Positions 40,608 through 55,000 of a stretch of 64,000 nucleotides of DNA are shown here, piece after piece. The notes under the pieces are model-generated. The model worked only from the letters and a program-made list of their open reading frames with translations. It did no database searches and had not been told where the DNA came from. The translations under genes were made by a program, and so were the position numbers. The stretch spans positions 288,001-352,000 of the forward strand of contig CM000432.1 in the NCBI GenBank assembly GCA_000165345.1, given 5' to 3'. Position 1 is the stretch's first letter. Every line of letters starts with the position of its first letter.

Positions 40608-43034
40608 ATGAAATGTCCAAAAAGAGTTTGGATTGTATATGCATCACAAACAGGTAAATCAGAGAGATTATCTTATGATATTAGAGACGAATTGTGGAAA
40701 ATTGGAGTAATTGGATATCCAACATCAATCGACCAATTTGAACATATTTTTTTTGATTATTTTGAAGAAGAAAACGAGGAAAATGTTGATAAAAAATCTG
40801 AAATCGAATTTCCTATGATAATTTTTGTATTATCAACAACAGGACAAGGAGAAGTACCTGATACAATGGTTTCATTTTGGAATCGAATTCTTTTGAATAA
40901 TTTAAATACAAAATTAATCAAAAAAATGAATTTTACAATATTTGGAATGGGTGATCGATGTTTTGGTAATGAGAGATTTAATATTACTGCAAGAAAATTA
41001 CGACATCTATTATTAAATTATGGAGCAATTGAAAAAATACCATGGGGATTAGGTGATGAATCACATGATTTTGGTATTTTAGGAGAATATGATCCATGGA
41101 TTGAAAATATTATTAAAATGTTTACATCAAATCTTCAAATTGATGATTATTTTAAAATTAATATATTACCTATAAATAAATATAAATGTGAAATTATTGA
41201 TATTCATCCTGAAAAACAAATAAATTATGAATTTGATATGGAATTAGATTATGAGTTAAAAAATTCATTAAATATTCAAAAAAAACATGTTACTGATATG
41301 AATCGAAAAAGTATCTCATTTCCAACTATTTCAAATGTATTATATAATCAAGAATGCGATAAAGAATCTAAAAATAGAAGAATTAAAAAAATTAAATTTG
41401 GATTATCTAATCAAGATCAAATTCATTATAAATCTGGAACACATATTGCTGTTTGGCCTGTTAATCCTATTGAAAAAGTTTTACAATTTATTGATTTGTT
41501 TAATAAAAAAATTAATCCAAAAACTATAATAAAAATCCAATTTAATGATAATTATTATAATTGTTTATGTAATCAATTGGATGAATGTGAATACAAAATT
41601 CAAAATGATCATCTTAATCTAAATAAATTTAAACAGTGTTATATTGAAAATCAAGAATATAAAATTAATAGTCATTTTCCATTAAATGAAAAAATATCAA
41701 TATTTACATTAATATATCGATATTTAGATATTATGAATATACCAGAAAGAAGATTTGTTAATCAATGTTATTATAATACAAGTCATGATATGCATAAACA
41801 ACGTTTAAATGAAATGATACAAAAAACTGTTGATTCAAAAAAAGATTATTGTGATTATATTAAAGATGAACATCGTAATTATATTGAGTTATTATGGGAT
41901 TTTAATTCTATACAATTAGAAATTGATGTTATTATTAATTATATACCAATTATTATTCCTAGATATTATTCTATTTGTAATACTAAGAATTGGTATAAGT
42001 TTAATCTATGGAGATATATTGAATATGAAGAATATATAAGAAAAAATAGTATTGGATTTTCACATAATAATGAATTAATTTTACCAGAAATATTTTCTAA
42101 TATACTTGGAATATTATTACCTAAAATTCAAATTAATTCTAATAATTATTATAATATATTTAAAACATTAAGATCTAAAGTTATTAATAATTATTTCATT
42201 AAAGCTAAAGAAAATTATTTAAATAATATTATGAAAGAATACAAAAATATAAGTTATCATCAAAAATATGGTTATTTAAATTATCATCATATTATTGAAA
42301 TATGTGTTGATATTATTGAATGGAATACTGTATATAATCGAAAAATACGTGGATTATGTTCTGGATATTTAGATGATGTTATATTAAATCAAAAAACATT
42401 AATAGCATTTGAAAATAAAATTACTAATGAAATTCATAAAGAATTAGTTGATCCAAAAATACCTGTTTTATTAATATCTTGTGGATTAGGTATTACAGGA
42501 ATTATTTCAATCTTACAAGAAAGAATTTTTAATATTATGTTAAAGCCAAAATTTAATAATGAAAAAGAAATTACTAATAATACACTTGTATATATTGGAT
42601 TAAGATATAGTAATGTAATGTATCCATATATTGATCAAATTAATGAATTTTCAAGAAGAAAAGAGTTAATAAATCAAGTCAAATTTAATATATCATATTC
42701 AAGAAAAAATCCTGATATTCAAGAATCTATATTTAATAACCATTCATCAGAAAATCATCAAGTGGTCAATTTAAATCATTTAAAATCTGGTTGTTATATA
42801 CAATCATTATTATTATCAGATGAAGATGATAATATGAGAGATTATATTGTTAATTGCATATTAAATGGTTATATTTTAATTTGTGGAAATGCATTAACAA
42901 TGCCTATGGAAATTAGAGAAACTTTAGCAAAAATACTTGTATTACAAGGTAAATTTGATAAAATTGAAGATTCTTTAATATATATAAAAAAGTTAATTAG
43001 ATATGGTAGATATATTGAAGAGACATGGGTTTAA
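40608..43034 (+). CDS. NADPH-dependent diflavin oxidoreductase (NDOR1/Tah18-like; flavodoxin plus FAD/NADPH-binding reductase)
   Basis: The N-terminal flavodoxin-like domain (VWIVYASQTGKSERLS...MIIFVLSTTGQGEVPDTMVSFWNRIL...FTIFGMGDRCFGNERFN) matches the NDOR1/CPR FMN domain. The C-terminal region has an FAD-binding RYYSICNT (RxYSI[AS]) motif, an NADP Gly-rich PVLLISCGLGITG motif and ILICGNALTMPMEIRETL. It is very Asn/Ile-rich with long insertions. Confidence 0.65.
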   Translation: MKCPKRVWIVYASQTGKSERLSYDIRDELWKIGVIGYPTSIDQFEHIFFDYFEEENEENVDKKSEIEFPMIIFVLSTTGQGEVPDTMVSFWNRILLNNLNTKLIKKMNFTIFGMGDRCFGNERFNITARKLRHLLLNYGAIEKIPWGLGDESHDFGILGEYDPWIENIIKMFTSNLQIDDYFKINILPINKYKCEIIDIHPEKQINYEFDMELDYELKNSLNIQKKHVTDMNRKSISFPTISNVLYNQECDKESKNRRIKKIKFGLSNQDQIHYKSGTHIAVWPVNPIEKVLQFIDLFNKKINPKTIIKIQFNDNYYNCLCNQLDECEYKIQNDHLNLNKFKQCYIENQEYKINSHFPLNEKISIFTLIYRYLDIMNIPERRFVNQCYYNTSHDMHKQRLNEMIQKTVDSKKDYCDYIKDEHRNYIELLWDFNSIQLEIDVIINYIPIIIPRYYSICNTKNWYKFNLWRYIEYEEYIRKNSIGFSHNNELILPEIFSNILGILLPKIQINSNNYYNIFKTLRSKVINNYFIKAKENYLNNIMKEYKNISYHQKYGYLNYHHIIEICVDIIEWNTVYNRKIRGLCSGYLDDVILNQKTLIAFENKITNEIHKELVDPKIPVLLISCGLGITGIISILQERIFNIMLKPKFNNEKEITNNTLVYIGLRYSNVMYPYIDQINEFSRRKELINQVKFNISYSRKNPDIQESIFNNHSSENHQVVNLNHLKSGCYIQSLLLSDEDDNMRDYIVNCILNGYILICGNALTMPMEIRETLAKILVLQGKFDKIEDSLIYIKKLIRYGRYIEETWV

Positions 43035-43045
43035 TATTAATTAAT

Positions 43046-45469
<2,424 letters not shown>

Positions 45470-45625
45470 ATTGATTTAATATAAATGAGAAGAAAACTAT
45501 TAAAACAATTTCAAAGTAATAGATTTCTTCTCATATGAAAAAGAGGAATGGTAACTACTATGGATCTTTATTGATTTATTGATCAATTATTAATAGAAAT
45601 ACTTCTATATATATAACTATTTGCA

Positions 45626-45637
45626 ATGGCGGGCACC
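45626..45637. promoter_or_regulatory. E2F-like box (ATGGCGGGCACC) upstream of the bromodomain gene
   Basis: 160 bp upstream of the ATG at 45469. Confidence 0.4.
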
Positions 45638-45881
45638 ATATATTATATTAATAACCATATATTAACAGTAAACTGAACAAATAAATTTTAAATTTAGAAG
45701 AATTAATTGATTAATGTTTTAAAAATTAATGAATTATTTCATAAATGAATTTGTAGATTTATTAATTCCTAAGAGCTTTATTTTTCTTTTTTTTTTTAGT
45801 CCAATAATCTTTGATTTTATTTTATTCATCAATATAAAAAGTATTATAATTTTTTTTTTAGGGCTACACACAAAATGGAAA

Positions 45882-45891
45882 GTGGCGCCAT
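45882..45891. promoter_or_regulatory. E2F-like box (GTGGCGCCAT) upstream of the RCC1 gene
   Basis: 400 bp upstream of the ATG at 46291/46303. Confidence 0.4.
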
Positions 45892-46290
45892 ATTTTAAAT
45901 TTATTAATAAATAATATTTCTTTTTTTTTTTTGTTTTTTTAATAATTACTGAATAATTAATTGAAAAGGAAAGTGAAGAAATAAGGAAGAAAATATTTGT
46001 AATAATAACAACAAATAATACTATTGAAATTAGTACAAGGAACTATATTCCAATTCTAAAGTTAGTTATTCTAATTAGATAAGAAAAATCAGGTAATATT
46101 TAGAGATTTGAAATTAAAAGAGGATTTTGTTTATATATATATAAATAAATAAAAATAAGAATAAAAGGCTAAGATTTTAGATTAATAGTTTGAATTTGGT
46201 ATTGAATAGCAAGATTTATCAAATTTAAAAACTAATAATAACAAACTTGACTTAACTTATTATATTTTAGAAATTCCTTACTTTAAGTTT

Positions 46291-49179
46291 GTGTTAAAAA
46301 CAATGGGTTGGAAATGTACAGTATGTTTGGTAACAAATGATGAGGATGCAAAAGTATGTGTATGTTGTGAATATGCTAGGGAAAAGGATGAAGAACAACA
46401 AAAACAACAATCTTCAGGTCCAATCTTTAATTCAAGTATATTTTCATCAACAGATTCTTCTTGTCCAGTATTTACATTTGGAGCCCCAGTAAACAATATG
46501 AATACAAATCATCAAAATTCTAGTTGTTTTGTTCCAACTTTTGGTAATAATGAAAAATCTCCAACAACTCCAATAATTGTAGCAGAGGAAACTCCAATTT
46601 TACAAAGTGTAGATATTCATCAAGAAAGAAAAGAAGAACAAAAACAGTATTTTGATAAGTTTAATAATGATTTTATTGAATATCAATCATTTATTAAAAA
46701 AGTACCAAATAATAATAAGGTACCTTTAGGTACTGTTTGGGTGTGGGGTTCAGGAGAATGTGATCAATTAGGGATAAAGGAAACTTTATTGGATGAGGAT
46801 TTATGTTTAAAGAGACCAAAACGAATAGAAATTATTTCTAAATATGAAAATATTGTTGATATCTCTTCTGGAGCTTTACATAATCTTATTTTGACAGAAA
46901 AAGGTGAAGTACTTTCTTGGGGGTGTAATGATGATGGAGCATTAGGACGTCTTTCATCAAAGTTTAAAGCTAAATTAGAGAAGCTTAATAAGAAGAGTGA
47001 TAATGATAAGAATAGAAATAAAGATGAAGAAGATGAAGAAGAAGATGAAGAAGATGATGATGAAGTAGAAAATGAAGATGAAGAAGAGCCTGAAGATAGT
47101 GAAAAGTATCCAAATAAGATAGAATTCCCATTAGATATGAAGTATTGTCAAGTAAAATCAATCATTAGTGGTGATTGTTATAGTTGTTGTTTGACAGAGA
47201 ATGGAGAAGTATATTTGTGGGGATCATATAAGGATAGTGGAGGATATATAGGATTCCCAAACTTTCAATTAATGAGTGGAAGCTTAGTGGGTTATAAACA
47301 ATATAATCCAATAAAAGTTCCAATATTTGGTATGAAAGAAGATTCTTCAAATAAAAGAAATATTGGAAGAAAAAAGATAAAATTAGAAAAGGAAACAAGT
47401 ATAAAAATGGTAGGAAAAGCTAAAAAGATTATTGGTGGAGAGAATCATACAATTGTTATAACTGAAGATATGAGAATATTTGCATGGGGAAGTACGGAAT
47501 TTGGACAATTTGGCATAAAACCAGTAGAGGATAAAATGGAAAAGACAAAATACTTATATCCTATAGAAATAGATCATGACACTTTGGGATTTCCTAATCA
47601 TTTGGTAATACAGGATATATATTGTGGAAGAGCTTCCACATTCTTTGTATTAAAAGATGTTAATAAGAATATTCTTCAGGTATTTGCATGTGGTAGAAAT
47701 GGTAGGAATGAATTGGGAATATTTGAGAAATCTTCAGAAAATGGATGTGAGAATAATAATAATGAGGAGGATCCAATAGTTTTTATACCAAAAAAGGTGA
47801 ATATAGCAGATTTTGATACAGAATGTAGTAAATGTAAGAGTACTAAACCAATTAAACAGATTGGAGGAGGACAATATTATTCAGCTTTATTAAATTGTTG
47901 TGGGGAAGTATTTATATGGGGAATGAAGGACTGTTGTGGTTTGGAGGGTCAGTTAATTAAGAATGGAAATGAGAAGATTTTAAAAGAAAGGGATATCAAG
48001 GTACCTACAAAAATTGAACATCTTAAGAATATTATAAAATTAGGATTTGGAGCAGATAGCTGTTTTGCTATTGATGCGAATGGAATATTATTTGTTTGGG
48101 GGATGAATTTGACAGGTCAGATTGGAATTAAAAAACTGATTGATTCAGAAGTTGTTTTGAATCCACAAATTATGAATCCTAAGACTTTTCTATTAGATAA
48201 TGATGGCTTTGATTCCAATTTTGTTTTAAAAGTTGTTGGTGGATCTCAACATTCTATGGCTTTGATATGGAACGGATCTTATTCAAATAAGTTCATGCTT
48301 GAAGAAGAAGAAGAGGAAGAAGAAGAAAAAGAGGAAACTGAGAGAAGTCTTAAAAGAATGAATGCAAAGAGGTTTGATAAGGAGCTGGATATAGAGAAAG
48401 AAGAGGAAGAGCAAGAGGAAGAGCAAGAGGAAGAGCAAGAGGAAGAGGAAGTGGAAGAGGAAGTGGAAGATGAAGAAGAAGAGGAAGAAAAAGAAAAGGA
48501 AGAAGAAGAAGAAAAAAAGAGAAAGAATACAAAGACTTTGTCCAGAGGAGGAAGAGCTGGAAAAAATGATACAGCAAAGACCGTTATAAAAAAGATTGAG
48601 AAGAGTAAATTTGAGAATGGTGGGGTCAAAACTGCCTCGAAAGCCAAAACAAAGACCAAATCCGAACCTAAACCCAAAACTGAGGCAACATCCAAGACAG
48701 CCAAAACTAAAGCTAAGACTGAGCCCAAGTCAACTTCTAAACCTGTTGCTAAGGTAAAAACAACCAACTCCAAAACTAAGGCAAAAACTGAACCTAAAAC
48801 TGAATCTAAAACTAAACCTAAAACTTCCTCATCTTCTTCTAAAGCCAAAACTGAATCTAATTCCATCAAAACTACCTCCAAGGCCAAGACAAAAGTAGAT
48901 TCAAAGACGAAGGCAACCATCTCTAAAACTAAAACCAAAACTGAACCCAAAACCAAATCCAAAACTGAACCCAAGATTGAACCCAAAATTAAACCCAAAA
49001 GCTCCTCTACTAAATCCAAGGCTGAACCCAAAACTACAAAAGCTGCCTCTAAAACCAAGGCCAAGACTATGACAACCACCAAAACTACCAAAACAAAAAC
49101 TACTGCTAAATCAAAAAATGATACATCTAAATCAACAACTAGTTGTAAAAAAACTACTAGATGTAAAACCAAAGAATAG
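46291..49179 (+). CDS. RCC1-repeat protein with an N-terminal RanBP2-type zinc finger and an acidic/Lys-Thr repeat tail
   Basis: The RanBP2-type zinc finger is GWKCTVCLVTNDEDAKVCVCCEYAR (W-x-C-x2-C-x3-N-x6-C-x2-C). There are at least six RCC1 blades (VWVWGSGECDQLG, VLSWGCNDDGALGR, VYLWGSYKDSGG, IFAWGSTEFGQFG, VFIWGMKDCCGLEGQ, LFVWGMNLTGQIG). Poly-Glu and KTKTEPKTK repeats follow. The start could be the ATG at 46303 (MGWKC). Confidence 0.75.
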   Translation: MLKTMGWKCTVCLVTNDEDAKVCVCCEYAREKDEEQQKQQSSGPIFNSSIFSSTDSSCPVFTFGAPVNNMNTNHQNSSCFVPTFGNNEKSPTTPIIVAEETPILQSVDIHQERKEEQKQYFDKFNNDFIEYQSFIKKVPNNNKVPLGTVWVWGSGECDQLGIKETLLDEDLCLKRPKRIEIISKYENIVDISSGALHNLILTEKGEVLSWGCNDDGALGRLSSKFKAKLEKLNKKSDNDKNRNKDEEDEEEDEEDDDEVENEDEEEPEDSEKYPNKIEFPLDMKYCQVKSIISGDCYSCCLTENGEVYLWGSYKDSGGYIGFPNFQLMSGSLVGYKQYNPIKVPIFGMKEDSSNKRNIGRKKIKLEKETSIKMVGKAKKIIGGENHTIVITEDMRIFAWGSTEFGQFGIKPVEDKMEKTKYLYPIEIDHDTLGFPNHLVIQDIYCGRASTFFVLKDVNKNILQVFACGRNGRNELGIFEKSSENGCENNNNEEDPIVFIPKKVNIADFDTECSKCKSTKPIKQIGGGQYYSALLNCCGEVFIWGMKDCCGLEGQLIKNGNEKILKERDIKVPTKIEHLKNIIKLGFGADSCFAIDANGILFVWGMNLTGQIGIKKLIDSEVVLNPQIMNPKTFLLDNDGFDSNFVLKVVGGSQHSMALIWNGSYSNKFMLEEEEEEEEEKEETERSLKRMNAKRFDKELDIEKEEEEQEEEQEEEQEEEEVEEEVEDEEEEEEKEKEEEEEKKRKNTKTLSRGGRAGKNDTAKTVIKKIEKSKFENGGVKTASKAKTKTKSEPKPKTEATSKTAKTKAKTEPKSTSKPVAKVKTTNSKTKAKTEPKTESKTKPKTSSSSSKAKTESNSIKTTSKAKTKVDSKTKATISKTKTKTEPKTKSKTEPKIEPKIKPKSSSTKSKAEPKTTKAASKTKAKTMTTTKTTKTKTTAKSKNDTSKSTTSCKKTTRCKTKE

Positions 49180-49442
49180 TCCCAATATAAAAAATATTAG
49201 TAATAAAATCTGATTGAAAATCCTTTTAATTATATTCTACTACTAGTAATATTATATACTCGAAGAGAAATTAATTAATTAGAAATTAATTTAATATATT
49301 TATATATTATTATTAAACTTTTTTGATCTTAAAATTCCTTTATGATGTGAAAAAGAGAGAAATCCTACTAGAAATACTTTCTCTTTTAACTTGAACTCCA
49401 CCTACACTTCTATCCCAAATAATAATATCATTTTCAAGTGAA

Positions 49443-51503
<2,061 letters not shown>

Positions 51504-51916
51504 TATTATTATTATTATTATTATTGTTAATTTTCTTCTAGTAATTCAAATTCATTATTGCTCGAATATTTACTTAATTACTTCAATTAGAAGTAAAATA
51601 TCCTCTCTTAACTTAAAGTTCTTTAATCAATAGTATTTAATAATATTCCAATCTCTTTTTTTTGAATAAAAAAACTCTTATTCTTTCTATTAATCACTGT
51701 TTTAAATTTTTATTATTTTTTACAGAATATTTACATAAATTTTTTTTTTTAACTGCTTAATGCACAAATGCAACATCCTATTCCCCCCACACATGCAAAC
51801 CGCTGAACACCGGTATTAAAGTCCTGCATGTTCTATTTTTTTAAATTCACACGTAATATATAACTACATGTGGACAAAACAGTAATAATAACAATAGTAA
51901 TAATAATAGCAATAAC

Positions 51917-51947
<31 letters not shown>

Positions 51948-52097
51948 TTAGTATTAATAATTATGATAGCATTATTTTTAACAGATTATATGCGATTAGT
52001 GGAGGAAAAAAAGATATAAAAGAATCAAAAAGAATCAATTAAATATTTTTTTAAGGAGTTAATAAAGTACCAATAGTTAAAGCAAAATTCAAAATAT

Positions 52098-55000
52098 TTA
52101 TAACTTTTTTATTGTTAAGGTTCCCTTATGTAAATACCAAAACTTTTTAATTCCATTCAAATTTCTAATATCATGAGCAACAATAAATGTAGTTGAATGG
52201 CTAAAATACTTAAAAATAATATTTGTAATCAAAGTCGATTTCTTGTTTGAAGTAGAGTTCATATTCACATTATCATTACAATAAATTACCGGTGGCTCAT
52301 CAATCAGTAAAATACTTATTTCATTTCTCTTTAAGAAGTAATGAGTAAATAATAACAACCTCTGTATTTGCATTGGTAAATTTAATTCACTAATCTTCCT
52401 GTTCAAATAATTATTCATTATGGTAAGTCTGTCATTTCCCATTAAAAGAGGTGCACTTTCATCTGGTTTTTTCTCTCCCACAAAAGAATTTTTGAAATTT
52501 ATCTTATGGTTAAAATTATTCATGGTTTCTCTTTCTAATAAATAATTAGTTACACCACATATGTTCAATGCAGAAATTATGTTATCATTTGAATAATTTT
52601 CAAATGGGTCAACAGATTCTCTTATTGTTGTATTCTCATTAAAAAATACCTCAACAGGAAGCATTGCAACATGTCTCATCATATTATAATCTTCCAAAAA
52701 TATCTTCATTATTTCTTCATCCACATTACTCCTACATAACTTGCAGTTTACTAAGTGGTTGCTGTTTAGTAAATTATTATTGGAAGAAATTGGATGGCTT
52801 ATTTTTCCTTTATGTTTCAAAGATTTTGCTATTAAAAATAGTAATGAAGTTTTTCCAGACCCTGATCGTCCAACTATTCCTATTATCTCTCCTTTATTTG
52901 CTATAGCATTTATATTATTTAAACAACAAACTTGTTTTACCAATGTTCCTCTAACTTCTGAACGATCTAATTGAGATTTCTCATTCTCCGTTGATAAATT
53001 TGAATGATAACCATATGCTGACTCTAATATTATATTATTATTTTGGTTCATTTTTATATTGTTATCATATTTCACATTATTGTTTTCTAATAAATCATTC
53101 TTCATTTTGTATTCATCTTTAATAAGCTCCAAATACTTTCTCATCCTTTCCACAGAAACTAATTCCTTTTCTAGTCGCATTAAATACCTCACAACCTCGT
53201 CAATTCTGCTTAGAGAACCAAAAGCAGTAGCAATCATTAAAGCTATTAATATTTTTGAACTTCCATTTGAAAAATATGATGAAAATACATTGAAAAATGT
53301 TAATGGAATAATAATTCCAACTTGAAGTCTAATCTTTAGCCAAGCTTCCAGAGAAGATTGAATATATATTGGTCTCATAATCTCTTGAAGCTGGCCATAT
53401 CCATTTTCTAAATAAAATCTGTCCAACTTCTGAGGTCTTATACATTCTTTTCCATCGCATATATTTCTAACTGTATCTACTAATAATGAAATCTCTGAAA
53501 TATAAGTATTATGTAATAATCTGCATGAATGTATAAAATACCTAAATATATATTTATATATTATATAGAAAAGTATTGAGAATAATATAGTCTGTATTAT
53601 TGGATATTCTGAAGCTAATATAGATAAATATATTGTTGCCAATACTCTATTAACTGCTGTAACAAATTGTCCAACCCTTTTAGTTGTACAATAATCAATT
53701 GTGAGTTGGTCCAAGCTGATTCTATTCAATATAAATGATACTGGTATATATCTGATACAAGAAGAAAGTTTTGATCCAATATATCCTAATAAAAATGAAT
53801 TATGCAAATTATTCGCAGCTCTTAATCCAACGTAAACTTCTAGAATACCGCTTGCAATGACTGATAGTATTGCCAAAAAAATACAAACAAAATATGTGAA
53901 ATAAAGAATATCAACACCTATAATTCCTCCAATTTTACTTCCTGTTTCACTTACTAGTGATAAATTACCTAATAGTACTTTTTCTCCAAATAATAAAATG
54001 AATTGATGAAGCAATAGTAATACCAAATAAAGTATCATTTCTAATGATGATTCTTGAATCTTTTCAGTAATTGACCAATTTTTTGGATATTTAAATCTAT
54101 TTGCAGCTTTCAATATATAGAAAAATAAAGTAGAGTATGAGTTTTCTGAAGAGCCACCTAAAACTTCTTTTTTTGGAAGAAGCTCAATAAATTCTTCAGT
54201 TTTTTCCTCACAACATTTTAAACTATTTAATCCCATATCCACCCTATTTTCATACTTTATATGAGTTTGGCTATCAGCAATTTCACTTTCATTACCGTTA
54301 GAATTACTACTTAAATTTAAGACTTCATCCTCCTCAGTAGAAAGTTCCCACAAATCTTTAGAAAAATCAGTATCAAAGCAGAAATCATTAATAATAGAAT
54401 GTATACTGGAAGATGTATTAACACTTGTAGTTGATTTTGGTGATTCAATATTGACACCAAAACTCCTATTTTCACCATATTTGAATGGTATTACGTGTAT
54501 TATAGATTCCAGAATATTATTAGGAAGGAAATTAAGCATTTGAGTATCCAAAATCATTATAGAAAATACATGTTTCAGTAATCCATTTTCATGATTAAAT
54601 AGTTTCTCAAGTATTGAACAACAAACTGGAGGATCCAAACTACTAAATATTGAATCTAATATCAAAATTGGAACACCATCTTGAAGATTGTTGTTAGATT
54701 CATCATTTTTAGATTCAATTCCATATAATGCTCTTGAAAGAGAAAGGCGAACCTTTTGGCCTCTACTGAATTGAACTTGTGAGAATATAGTACTTCTGGC
54801 CATATCATAAGTTGAAATACCCCAAGATACAAAGTCATTCCTTAGCTCACAAATATCTATAACTCTCTCCCATGAATCCTGGTCATAATCTCTTCCATTC
54901 AAAATAATATCAGCTAGACTCATACCATCTGTAATCCACGAATCCAAGGGAACATAACATACTGGGTTAGAAATGTCTGCCAATATATTCGATATTTCTC

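Noticed and set aside
48279-49172. Minus-strand ORFs 48279..49172 and 48350..48577 antisense to the RCC1 tail
   Set aside because: Repeat-driven open frames opposite the GAA/AAG-rich and KTK-repeat coding region, with low-complexity translations.
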